From positions 310,001 through 374,000 of the forward strand of contig QPGO01000065.1 in assembly GCA_008632985.1 (NCBI GenBank): a stretch of DNA of 64,000 nt, given 5' to 3'. Every line of letters starts with the position of its first letter. Position 1 is the stretch's first letter. Positions 1 through 12,190 of this stretch are shown piece by piece. This DNA is from Psammoneis japonica (lineage: Eukaryota). The notes under the pieces are model-generated. The model saw nothing but the letters and a program-made list of their open reading frames with translations. It did no database searches and was not told where the DNA came from. The translations under genes were made by a program, and so were the position numbers.

Positions 1-3000
1 CAGAACATGGTCTGTGGAGCAACAGCACTGCCGTGTCTGGTCAGTTGGGCACCATGTTGATGCTTTGGGGCAGAGCTTTGTGTGCACTTGCAGCAGTGAG
101 AAGCAACAAGCAGCTTGCAAACTTTGCACAACATTTGGAATTCAAAGGAGCACCACAAGTCACCAACTTTCTCTGGAGACATGGACAAGACAAGATGGAA
201 CAATTGCTTGCTCATTTTGCATCATGCCATCTTAATGCAAAATGTGCATTTCTCCCTGGTGATCACAAATTCATGCAGTGTCTCTGGTGGCTTGAGCCAA
301 GCACTTGTTGGGCAACTCTGTCCTTTGAAAATGGCTGTCACATTGTGCAGCTGCTGTGCATCAGCAGCAGCATGCTGAGGGAAAGGCAATCTCAACTTGA
401 GCCGACTTTTGAGTGACTTTTCTTGTGTCAACAACATGAGGGCGGGTGAGATCAAAAGCCACTCTTTTTTTTAGAGCACAGCTGTTGCAATGTGGACCCT
501 GATTTTTGCACAGTCACCAACTTGCAATTGCTTTGATGAGTGGGGAACAATGTCCCCCCGTGCATTTGCAAATGCTTTGACATGCTGACAAGGCTCTCAC
601 CAGAGCACATCAAACCAAGTGGCTGCTCTCTTCATTTTGCCCCACTTTTGTTGCACCAACAATTGCTCCACAACACAAAGGGTCATCATCTTGGGGAGCA
701 AAGTTTTCTGTTTGTCTCTGCATGAGCAAACAAGCCAACAAAATCTTCCATTTGTTTGTGTGTGGCTGTTCATTGGGAGCCTGTGAGATGCAACAAGTCA
801 GAGAGTGTTTTTCTTCTGTCTTGCACAAAGAGAACACAAAGAGAGACACACTGTGACTCACCTTTTTTCTCTGGAAACATGGACAAGACAAGATGGAATG
901 GTTGCTTGCATCATGTTGTTTGATGTCATGCCACAACAATGCAAAAGATGCATTTCATTCTCCCCAGCAGAGCAGAGCTCAATTTGAGGCCCAGTGTGAA
1001 TTAAGACCCTTGTGCTGTCAGGCTCAAATGATGGATGATTCAAGGCAAGAGCTCCACAAAAACATCACAGGAACAGTGTGCGATGAATGGTCAATGGCCA
1101 TTTCCACCTGCAGTGCAGCTGCAAAAAGGTGACTGTGCTGCCACAAATGGAGGTCCAAATGAACAACACTGCACCAATCCTCATCATGTTGATGCATGGG
1201 TGGATCCTGAGCAGCTTCATTGCTGCAGTCCATGGATCAATTGGCTTGCTCCTCATGGCTCTCCTCTGTTTCTCCAGTGCCTCTCATTGAACTCTTCTGG
1301 CTTTTGAAAATTTCAACTGGTTTCTCCTTGTTGCGCTGACCTTCATGAACAAAGATGACACAGTCAACAAACATGACAGAGCACATTCTTCTGTCTTTGG
1401 ATGCTCATTTGGCAGGGCCATGGCGCATCTTTTATGTCACGTCAATGCAGTGCAGGGATCCTGCACAGGACACAGTGCCAATTCCATGCATGTGATGTGG
1501 AGGGCCTTGAATCATGACCATGTTGTCATCCTTGCTTGTCGGACGTTTTGGTTCACATGCCAAAACTCATCAACCACCCAGATTTGAAAAAGTGGAACAA
1601 CTTTTTTTCTGACAAGTTCAATGTGATCTTTCATGCAAATGCACAAAAGTGTGAAATTCGCGCGCATCATGTTGTCTGCATGGGTGCAGTTCTTGGCCGG
1701 GCCTCAACTGCGCTCCACTCTAGAAGTTGTTGCAAATTCATGCTTTCCACTTTCTGTGCAGTCTCTGTGGTGGCTGCTGGCTAGAGAGGTGCTGTCAGTT
1801 GAAGTGAAACGTCATCATGCACGCATGCCAACCACTCAAATTTTCAAAAATTCTCCGCACAAATTGGTGCTTTCTCAAACCCCTCACCCGGCACATCCCA
1901 GAACTGCCACAAAAAAAAGGTGAGGGACCTGGATCCTTTTTTAAAAGGTGAGTTTCTTGACACCCTCCTGGATCACATGCTGAAAAAGGATCCAGGGAAA
2001 CAAAGAGAAAGATCTCATTTCCCCGGAAAAGGAACATGGCTCTCATTTCTTTGCGACATTGCACAAAAGTTAGGATGCTGCACACACTTTGCTCTGACAT
2101 GGCCCTGGCAGCAGTCTGGCACATTTTGTTTGGTCTTCAGGATGAAGTGTGGATTTGCACATTGGACGATCTGGGTCTCATTGATTGCAATTGGCCATGT
2201 TTGTTCTGGACTTTGTCCGCAAGGTGTCGGCTGCTCGAGCCGCCTTTAAACCCCGACCTTTGCATCAGAAGAGGCTGCTTTCAATGTTGATCGGGTTGCT
2301 TTCTTGATTCATGTGTCATGTGCCGAGAACCTGGACAATTTAAATTGGGAGCTCAAGATAAAATGCACCAACCTCATCAAAGACGGAAATGACATCCTTG
2401 TCTTGTCCCTGTGATTCAAGCTGCAGAAAATGCCGGTGCATGCTGCACCCATCTGAGAAGCGCTGGTCCAACCGTCATGACATTGAGCAGTGGCGCTTCT
2501 GGAGATGTCTTTGCACAGCACAAGAAGGAAAGGAAAGGGTTGATTCTGCGGTGGCCAAGGCCATGAGGGAGATTGCTGACTCACTCGGCATTCTTCAAAA
2601 AATCCACATGACTAACGCCGCCAATGAGGGCGCACGGGCTGTCAAGGTCGAACCGCCCATTCTTCTGGAGAGATCACTTGTTGAGACAACATCTAAAGAA
2701 AGGCACCCTTGTGCTTGGTGTCTCTAACTTTAACTTTTAAACTGCACAACAAACTTGCACACCGTGCTGGTGAACAAACATCGCCTTTGGAGATCAACGC
2801 TTTAGCACTGCGAACTCAAGGGGAACTTCGCACCCGCCTTCCACCGACAGCTTTGCGAGGAGATCCCCACGCTAAGTAAATTTGACTTGGCACTCCTCTG
2901 TTGACATGTCCTTCATGAATCGTCGTGAGAAATGACCCCATCCAACATGTGAACCTGTTCCGGTTCATCCAAGTCAATCATGAGTTGTTTGGACAGCTTA

Positions 3001-3370
3001 TCTTCAATGTTCTGAGACGTGACAACACCTGGATGAACCACATGAGTGTTGGGATCGACTTTACACCTCTAAGCTACGCCCCAACAGGACGGGTTTCGGT
3101 TTAGCACGGACCAAAAAGAAATCACTATCACACAGTGTATGATGTCCAGTGCACCACTCACCTCTTTGCGCCACAAGTAATCAGAGCGGTAGACTGGTGA
3201 CGAGAATGGAGACCTGGACATTTAAAAAACGGGGGACAGCGCGCACGCGCACAGAAACACGAAATTCCGATTCAAAAAACCAACCGTCACCATGACCGTC
3301 AGTTTGTTGCGTCCGTCTCATCCCGGTGGTCTGCATTAATGTTGTTGCTGCATGACACATCCATTTCATC
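1..3370. other. TpA-depleted (and largely CpG-depleted) degenerate repeat/TE-derived block
   Basis: Manual count: 3 TpA in bases 1-1200 (TTAA, TTAG, TTAA). ORF-track peptides here contain essentially no Tyr and are Cys/His/Trp rich. Internal diverged repeat ~160-260 vs ~860-965 (ctctggaRacatggacaagacaagatggaa). Confidence 0.85.
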
Positions 3371-5717
3371 CGCTATGGGCATAAAAGGCTGCCAATTGCT
3401 GGTGTGTCACCTTGTCGAGAAGGATGGAATGTCGTTTGATGACTGATGACTCATGCACCGTTTTGCGGCACAGAGCGACGGTGCGTGATAGAGAGACGCT
3501 GCATTTGTATGTTGACGCCAGTTGGCTTGTCTCGGAAACATGTCAATCTCATCAGTGGACCCATGCCGTTGGGAGATGGTGTGCAGTCGGTGCAGCTGAT
3601 GGATTTGTGGATGGTGCAGCACTTGGCATGACTGCAGGCATGCGTGACGGTGACGGCACCGGTCAGTGCGACAAAGCTCCCATCACGTTTCGTATAAGTT
3701 GTCCTCGTCATCAATCAAAACGGTACAGGTGCACACGCGAAGAATTGTTAAAATCTGTGGTTGGCATTCTGGTGCCTCCGCCCGCATGGAGAACAAGGAC
3801 AAAAAGTGGCTTGTTGACTTGAAACTGCATCACGTCGAAGTTGTGTTGTTTATCCAGCCAATTGCACTGGCGGCGGTTGGAGCCTGTGTACTACTGTCAA
3901 TCAATGTGGTTGTATCCTTTTTATCTGGTGGCGGTGGGTACCCCTGCATGCTACTTTTGCTGGTGGTGGTTGGAGCTTTTTTGCGACTAGGCCCCAGCAG
4001 TGGTAGAAGTGGGAGCTTATGTACTGCCAGCACTGGTGGCGGTGGGAGCCTGTACCGGTACAGTAACACCACTGGCACTGGAGGTGGTTGGAGCCTTTTG
4101 CCACTAGCACTGGTGGCAACAGGTGCCTGTGCACTGCTGTTGTAGCACTGGTGGCGGGCGGTGGGAGCCTGTGTAGCTGCCAGCACTGGCGGCGGTTGGA
4201 GCCCGTGTACTGCTAGCAAAATCGAGGTGGTTGGATCCTTCTATCTGGCGGCGGTGCCTGCCCCTGTATAATGCTGGCACTTGTGGTGGTTGGAGTGTTT
4301 CTACTGCTGACACTGGTGGCAGTGGGAGCCTGGTTACTACTTCTAGCACTGGTGGCGGTGGGAACCTTCGTAGCTGCTGGCACTGGTCGAGTCGGTTGGA
4401 GCGTGTGTAGGCTACTGCCAGCAATCGAGGCGGTTGGAGCCTTTTTGTCTTTGTCTGCTGCTGGCACTAGTGGTGGTTGGAGCGTTTCTGCTACTAGAGC
4501 ACTGGTGGCAGTGGGAGCCTAGTTACTGCTAGCACTTGTGGCGGTGGGAACCTGCGTGGCTGCTAGCTAGCACTGGTCGAGGCGGTTGGAGCGTGTGCAG
4601 GCTACCACCAGCAATCAAGGCGGCTGGAGCCTTTTTGTCTTTGTCTGCTGCTGGCACTGGTGGTGGTTGGAGCGTTTCTGCCACTAGAGCACTGGTGGCA
4701 GTGGGAGCCTAGTTACTGCTAGCACTTGTGGCGGTGGGAACCTGCGTGGCTACTAGCTGGCACTGGTCGAGGCGGTTGGAGCGTGTGTAGGCTACCACCA
4801 GTAATCGAGGCGGCTGGAGCCTTTTTGTCTAGTGGCAGTGGGTATCTCTGTGTGCCACTGGCACTGGCGGTTGACAGTGGGAGCCTGGTTGCTGCTGCCG
4901 GTGGCACTGGTGCGGTGGGATGCCGGCACAGGCACTGGAGGCGGTGGGATCCTCATGCTACTAGCACTGGTGGCAGCAGGTGCCTGTGCACTACTGCTGT
5001 AGCACTGGTGGTGTTGGGAGCCTGCATGCCACTGGCGCTGGTGGTAGTTGGAGCCTGTGCACTACTGGCTATCGAGGCGGTTGAATCCTTTACAATACGA
5101 TCACAAAGACACACTGCTAGAAGTGCTGGATCACGACAGACACTTAGAAGCAGTCAATTTCAAACCGGTAAAAGAATTTCCAAAGACAATGTAGAATAGC
5201 AGTGGATAGAATTGCATCATTAAATGTGATTACTTGATAGATGATCGAGTCGAAACCGCATTGTTGAATGCGCAGCACACTGCACCACCAACTTTAAAAA
5301 AAGTCTAGCGTGTTTCATTTGCACTCTGGTGTCAACTGCTTCCATCTGAAAATCGTCCATGCCAGATCCGCCCGAGTTCTTGTTATCTAGGAACCTGCGC
5401 CATTGAGCAAGCGTAAGCTGGCATCAAGGTCAACTCGAACGCTCCGACGTGAACGAGCATGTGACACATGGCTTGCCTTTGGGTTCCAGGCTAATTTTAT
5501 GCACAATCCTTCAATGTAAATATGTAACATCAATGACTGCTTCTTTGTGCTGACAATGAAGGAGTTGTTTTGCACTATCTTGTTGTCTCTTACAACCTTT
5601 TCAACTGCCTTTCTCGCAACCGCTTGATGTCGGATCTTTTGATGTGCTTGTGTGTTTTTCGATTTTTCGCGCAGCGCCGCGCTGTCCCCCGTTTTTTAAA
5701 TGTCCAGGTCTCCATTC
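3204..5717. mobile_element. Non-autonomous TIR DNA element, 2.5 kb, perfect 40-bp terminal inverted repeats and 4-bp target-site duplication ACGA
   Basis: 3204-3243 GAATGGAGACCTGGACATTTAAAAAACGGGGGACAGCGCG is the exact reverse complement of 5678-5717. ACGA at 3200-3203 and at 5718-5721. No transposase ORF recognised inside. Confidence 0.85.
3850..5085 (-). repeat. Low-complexity tandem repeat, minus strand encoding broken TQAPTATSA-type Thr/Ala/Pro/Ser repeats (mucin-like pseudogene cargo), with a 190-bp higher-order unit
   Basis: Recurrent gcactggtggcggtgggagcc motif. The near-identical unit gYaatcRaggcggYtggagcctttttgtct recurs at 4421, 4611 and 4801. Frames are broken by stops and shifts. 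Confidence 0.75.
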
Positions 5718-6089
5718 ACGATTGAAGTTGCCTTGGAATAGGTTGTCATGGTGGCAAAGACAAAATCCATATTTGGTAACAAGCCTCGTTGGCCTTGTTG
5801 AGGCAGCATCTTTTGCTCGTGTGGAGTATCTGCATCAGTTTCGATCACTTCTTTATCGAGTTTGGTGGGGCTTAAAATCATTCCGCTCGTGTACATGGAC
5901 GGAAGCAGTGGTTTTGTGTTAGTAGCATTTCCTACTGATGCCTCTGATAGACATGAGTTGAGAAAGGACGAAACCGCATCAAGCCTTGAAACTTTTTCAG
6001 TCGTCGGAGAAACAGACAGAATCGCCTTGGCCGACCAAGGACCTGCCTGAGAGTTTGATACTCTCTTTGTCAAATGAAGCATTGAAGCA

Positions 6090-6243
6090 TGTAGAATGCG
6101 GCAGCATGATACGTCGACTACATCGTGTCGGTCCGGATCCGAACACTCGGAAGCAAATCCTCATCAAGAAGATCGATTACATGTCTGCGTACCGCCGAGG
6201 TCACGTCAACAGCGAATCAGCTGTCCAAGCCACTGTATCGTAA
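6090..6243 (+). pseudogene. Short reverse-transcriptase fragment, DIRS/Ngaro (tyrosine-recombinase retrotransposon)-like
   Basis: Peptide ...PNTRKQILIKKIDYMSAYRRGHVNSESAVQ resembles RT motif A (KxDxKSAYR) of YR retroelements; no other RT motifs seen. Confidence 0.45.
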
Positions 6244-7423
6244 CTCTGGACGACCTGGCACCATTGGCTGAACATCTGTTGCACTGACCGAGGGAATCTC
6301 AGTATAGTCCATGCGCAAGTATAGTAACACTGGCAACAACATAATATTATGCACATGAAAACGGAAGCAAACAATGTCAATGTGTGAGGCAAGACGTGAC
6401 CATAATAACATTATTGGACCGCGCTATTGTTGCTCAAATTCAGTTCAGAACTCACGAATTCAAAGTGTAATGAAGGGAAATAACAGCAAAGGACAACAAG
6501 AGCGAGACTCTTATACACACGCATCGTCAACACGGCAAAATAACAAAAATCAAACATGGATTTGCGCGTCTCATTTATTGACACTTACTCCTTTCCTGAT
6601 TCCTGAAAAACACAATATATGCAACATTAGTATCGCTGTCTCCGATAGGCTGTTACTGTATATGGTTATAGACCCTTGGAAACTGCCGAGTAACGAACGC
6701 AAAAGGAATCGAAGCACATCATTGTGCTGTTTGTTTTATATTCAGCGAGCGAGAGCACAAAGCACCGAAACAAATCAATGTTGAACAGTGAAAAGTACCA
6801 CGAAATGCGGATGCTTCATTCTCCACAACCTCTGCTTTGTTCACCGCACCGGTAGGAACGGCCATGCAAGCCCATCCAAGAGCGCCATTGTCTGCCATTT
6901 CCGGCTACCGCCATCACATTTTCAACTCGATGATTCTTCCCTCCGCAAATCCGTACCTAAGCACAACACCCCTCAACCTGTGCGTCAAAAGGACTGACAT
7001 TCTTCGAAAATTTCGTCCACCGCACCATTCGCGACGCTACGTGCAATTGAGCAACTTAGTTACCGAAACTAAATTCTCCCTTGAACTGATCCACCAGTAC
7101 TGTACAGTTGCCCAGGTATTCAAAATAGCGTGTTTTCCCGTCATTTACACCAAACCCACGGAGTCGCTTTCCGTGATTGACTCAGAATATAATAGCCGCG
7201 AATGATATTACAAATGATGCAATAATATGCGTCCCCCGTCGGTCGTTTCGTCCGGTTTCTTGGTGTTGTGAACTTGAAGAAGGGTCGTAGTGACGGGCAC
7301 GCCGTATCGTTCACGGAGAGAGAGTGCAGCAGGATGAGTACGACCTTGCTGCTTGCAAGCCGCAGTCTTGATGGGGATTAGGAAATTTTCGGGAAAAGAT
7401 TTTGTTTCTGCGATTCTCCAAAA

Positions 7424-7665
7424 CAACGAGTTTGTGCGTCAAAAGAGCCACGGTCATAATGCTATATCCCATTCGTCGAATCGTGAACCGGCAACACGTG
7501 AAGCCTTGCGCTGGACTCTATCATTCGCAGCCGACAGATGCATAGGGTGCAATTATGTCACTTCTCGGATCTGGAAACGGATGTTAGACTACCCTCTCTT
7601 GTTGTGCTGTGCGCTTCTACTTTGTAGAACGTTGAACCTGCACATCGTCTCATCGTCAATTTCAT
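7424..7665. repeat. Diverged inverted copy of ~19190-19430
   Basis: atgtcacttctcggatctggaaacg and tttgtagaacg..aacctg..catcgtctcatcgtcaa match the reverse complement of 19195-19303. Confidence 0.75.
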
Positions 7666-7824
7666 CACGCCCAGAGATGCGGCTCTGCCTCTGCCACCCG
7701 CCACCCGTGCTGCAAACACCATGGGAGATCTTCTTGTAACCGCACAAAACCACCTCGGCAGTATCTACGACATCACCCGAGAGCTCGACTCCCACTTTTC
7801 TAACATGCTGGAGATCTGAGAACC

Positions 7825-10032
7825 GGTAAAGCACCCAGAAGCCCAGAAGGAAACCAGCAACTTGCCAACGAAACACAGTCACTGCCTGCATGTTGGACGC
7901 AGGACGCACAGCGCTTTCAAGATGAGCCGTAGAAATAGCCTGTACTGTACGGAACGGTCGGAGACATTTCTACATAAAGGAGGGAAGACATTTCTACACT
8001 TATAGGAGGGAAGAAGGGTCATTGCTCTTTGTTACGTTTGTTGTCAGTTGACACTTTCCTCATGGATTCTCATGGATCCTCTTCATACAAATCTACGAGC
8101 GGAACTGAGTAGGGCGGAGCAAGGTCATAATTACAAAAAGTCATTTTCATATACTGCGTTTGCTTCGTATAAAGTACGAGAGAAAGTCATTCAATTGACA
8201 AAACGGTCATTTTCTCAGTCATCCACATGAATCCACATGGTATAAATCTACGTACGAGAAATCAACGGTCAATGCAAAGAGTCATTCTCTAAACTCCGAT
8301 TCCTTCGTACAATGTACGTGAAAAGTCATTGAAAATTTCAAAATTTCCATGAGGATGACTGAGGATTCGTGAGGATCCGTGAGGATCCGTGAGAAAAAAA
8401 ACACACGACACAAACCCGACCCCCCAGGTCGCTGTTATGAGCTTAGCATCCAACGCCGTCGCGATCGCTGCTTTCTGTGGTTGTACTAGTACGTAGGTGT
8501 CGTGTGACTGAACCGTCACTTCAGCTGGGATCGAAGACATGTCGAGACCGCGACGCTGTCCCAGCCGACGGACAGTGGTCCTTGCTACGACAAGAACAAG
8601 AAACCCTGCCAAATCATCGATCTCTTTGGATTGTTGAATGCTCTTTCTCTACCGGAACGCTACATCATCACGACATGCCATCGTCTTGTGGTTTTGGTGA
8701 CGGATGAAATCGAGAGGTACCAGATAGTGGCTGCTGGAAGCAAGGTGAGCTTCTAAAGACAGACAACGAATCTGGAAATGGCTGTCATCTAACTGAGACA
8801 CCGCTCATTGTTTTTACAATTCTATGGGTTTTTTGTGGAATCAATATGCAGACTGCTAAGTTGAAATTTCGAAGACTCACCTTTACGAAGGAGCAGGAGC
8901 AGGCGAAAAAAAGAGGACGCTAAAGCCGCTCGACGCGTTCTTTTCTGTGTTTTGGACACGAGTTTGCGTCTGCTACACCCCTAAATGCCTTACGTGACTG
9001 AGACTTGCGGATTGACCTCGGATGGAAGCTGTAAGAACTTTCGAATGTTTTCAGGCTCTCATTCGAAGTATCCGTAACACGAGGGCTGAGTACAACGTTA
9101 AGCCGGGGAGCGAACCAGGGCGACTGTAGTCGCGAGCGAAGATCTGCTTTAGGACATTGAAACAGAGCTCAAATCTCTTGTTGCTCTTGCTAAGCTCGAC
9201 CCGGATAAGGTAGCTGTGCGTGCAGCTGGAAGTAAAGATGCCAAAGAAATGATGGAGATTGGCGAGTCTGTTAAGATTGTAGTCCAAGATGGCGTTAAAG
9301 CGAATTTGCCGCTCTCGGGATTGATTGACGCTGAGAAGGAACGCCAGTGGTTGCAAAAACAAAGCGAAAAGCTGACAATGGAGATCCAGAAGCTTACATG
9401 GAGATTGAAGTCCAGTGGATTTGTTGATAAGGCACCTGCTGCTGTTGTACAGCAAGCCAGGATTAGCTTGCAACACTGGAAGATCACTTTTCCTAAATCG
9501 AAAGCAGCCTTTTGGCATTTCCCAAGTAGAACTCTCAGATTTCGTCTTATCTATATAGAGCATCTCTCTAGCTAGTTCAAAACTAACTTCACGTCTTCTT
9601 CCCCAGATTTGATGATTGAGGAAGGGGTTATGGCAACTGAATGCTGAACAAGACACATTGTCAAGAACAGAATAAGGCGAGCGAAGCTTACAATTGAACC
9701 GCCGACTATTACAAACTACTCTCCTTGGTAGAGGGAGTTTTAGCATTACTTTCGAACATGCAAACTTAGTCGATTGCAGTTGTACGACGTCGATGGACGT
9801 TCCCACATGCCAGAATTGCAAAACATGCTTTGCATTGACATTCAATGTTCAGATACATCTCAACTTGACTAGAGCACAGTGCTCTACAGAACAAGGCAAT
9901 CAAAGGGAACCGCCGACTGTTGCAAATTACTCTCCCTCGTGCTCATCGAGGGAGCATTGGCATGAGTTTCAAACATGCACACATGTGCTAGATGGACGTT
10001 GCTAGAGGGCCCAGCAGCAACAACATCGCGAC
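7825..10032 (+). repeat. Segmental duplication copy A (inverted relative to copy B 20750-23160 and copy C 37636-39540)
   Basis: Near-identical ORF translations in all three places (e.g. MTLSSWILMDPL..., ...ERQWLQKQSEKL...). Copy A lacks ~320 bp at ~8640 that is present in B and C. Confidence 0.95.
8640..9480 (+). pseudogene. Valyl-tRNA synthetase C-terminal fragment (copy A), intron retained, with stops and a deletion
   Basis: SLPERYIITTCHRLV; gtgag...intron; LDTSLRLLHP*MPYVTE; LIRSIRNTRAEYNV; LPLSGLIDAEKERQWLQKQ...RLKSSGFVDKAPAAVV (ValRS anticodon-binding domain and coiled-coil arm). Confidence 0.85.
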
Positions 10033-12190
10033 GCCTGCCAACTTGCTTGCCAATGCGTTGACATTGCATGGATTGCTGATTTGCTTGGGGTGTGCTGTGC
10101 GTCAAACCGTGGGAGGAGAACTGGTCAGTTATGAAGACATTTACACAAGCGTGACCAGTCCAAGTCCTCATCGGGACCAATGGCATTTGTTGTTCATCGG
10201 AACAAGTGCATGACATGACGTGCAGGATTCAGCATGTTGGTTTGGACCTGGCCGGGAATTGGACCTTGCGTTTTTCGCTGGTCCCTGCGTGCTTGTTTGT
10301 GTCTTCTGTGCAGGTGTTGCTGTTTGAAGGCTCCATTGCACCTGCCAGGTCCTTTGCAAGAGGCGGCCCATGGAGAATTTAAACATGAGCTGTTCTTTGC
10401 CTTACTTTCTCTGAAGCCTTCTTTGGCATGGTGTGGTGGAAGGGTTTTGGAGATTCCGCTCAGAAGGTCTTCCAACTGGCTGCTTGGCCACCTCTGTGCA
10501 ACTGTCATTGTTGCGGGCATTTGCACCTTTCCACTGCCCATTCTCCCACTCTTCAAACTGCTTTTCATTCCATGACTATTGCTGCAGATCACCGGCATCC
10601 CAGCCCATCCAATCAAGATGCGCGTTCTGACGCTGCCATCAACACGCAACTTTCAATCGGCTCTCTGTGTGTCTGCTCGCGATTGTCATGGCATGCACCG
10701 TGGATTGCCAGCTGGACAAGGTGGTTTGTCTCATGGGATCAATGCTGGGTTGTCCCATCTTGGTCTTTCCGCCGCAGAATTTGCAATCGGCTGGATCCCA
10801 ACATTGCACCTTCGAGAACGTTCTTGAATGACGTCGTGTCGGGGATGGGTTTCATTGCAATGGTCGTTGCATCCACAATCACCATTCTCACATGGAACAA
10901 CAGATGAAACAGATGCTCGAGCAACACATCCCTTTCTTTTTAACTGATGGAGACTTCATTGGACTTTAACAACTTTGCCTTGACGTCTTCATTGGATGCC
11001 TTGTCCGGCATGTCTTCATTCAATGCTTGTTTTGGTTCCGGTGACGACCCGCCAGAGTCACAAAGGGGTCCTTTAGAGCCAAAAAGCGAGATTCGCCCGA
11101 GCTCTTTCGAACTTCCTTGCAGGTCCTGCGACATGTGCTCAACTCTCTCCAAGCCAAGCCGTTCAAGCATGGAAGTGGCTTTCTTGCTGCATCGCTGCCT
11201 GCCTTTTGAGCTGGTTTTGTTCGGCCATCACAGCACTTCTTCGTCAATCTGATTTTGTTGCTCAACCATGGATCCTGTGACAAAAGGAGCGGAGAGAGCC
11301 CGTTGTTTGATCAAAGTCCGGTTCATGCTTCGTTCCTTCATTTTGGACATTCCTTCACAACCGCGCATGTAAAACAGGCTCCTTCTCCAAGCAACCATGC
11401 CGACTTGACTTCGCCTCACGTGGCATCATCCCCGGTTCCCTCCGAGTCTACTCGATCATCCACGAAAGCTCTCGGGTTTTGACGTCGACACTGTCATCAC
11501 ACGCCAGCAGCGACGGTTGACGACGATGATTGCACACTCTCGTTTGCGGCCTCTTCTCGCCCATGCCATTTGATGCACTGCTCACCATCGACACCAACAA
11601 ACTCCATTGTGTTGCTGATGACATTATGTACGGCAACAACTGCATTCATTCATCATTGGAGAATTCTGTTTTCAATGACACGTGTGCCAAATTCGCAAAG
11701 ACGTTTCGAGTGGGTCCACAATGTGACGCTCTCCCGTGAGACCTGGGCCCATGTGCGGCATGCGAAGTGTGGCACTTCAGATCTTCCCAGTCGCAGGTCT
11801 ACTCTAGTGGTCTCTCGACAGGAAAGAGTGTGAAGCATCCACTGGTTCTCTTTCACGCACATTGTTGAGACAACTGCTGTCGGTGTTTCCAAGTGACGGG
11901 ACACTGCACCAGCACCAGTGCAAGAATGATGACACTGAAATGCAAGTCCATGGCTCGACCAATGGTTGTTGGACAGCAAATAGTGGCAGGTGCCGTGCAT
12001 CATTGTTGCACATCTTGTCGCTCGAGACGACGTTGATGCGTGCTCCATGTGATTGCAAAATCTTGTCCGCAAAAGTTCAACACACTTCTTCCATTTCTTT
12101 TCTTGGTTGATGGAGGACGAGTTCCAGGTCTCGAAACTGAAAGCCAATGTTGCAATCACAGAACGACTTGCCCGCAATGTCACACCGGTA
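9760..12190. other. TpA-depleted block of degenerate, probably TE-derived sequence
   Basis: Very few TpA. Left edge aligns with TA-rich paralog 20750-21090 and shows directional TA>TG/CA changes. Confidence 0.85.

Noticed and set aside
1918..2350. gagggacctggatcc (1922) and gagaacctggacaatttaaa (2326) resemble the TIR at 3204
   Set aside because: Short, imperfect, no partner or TSD; could be chance.
1..3370. Dense overlapping 60-130 aa ORFs in all six frames (also at 10-12, 32-35 and 55-64 kb)
   Set aside because: Expected by-product of TAA/TAG loss in TpA-depleted DNA; no recognisable domains, Tyr-less and Cys/His-rich.
9690..10032. Classical RIP (CA>TA) acting on copy B as the explanation of the paralog differences
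   Set aside because: Copy B has ordinary TpA levels, differences cluster next to the TpA-free block, and conserved protein motifs (NTEAH, GIPY) show TA is ancestral elsewhere in the window.
10030..11950. Possible gag-like ORF remnants on the minus strand
   Set aside because: No diagnostic motif or LTR recognisable; left unassigned.
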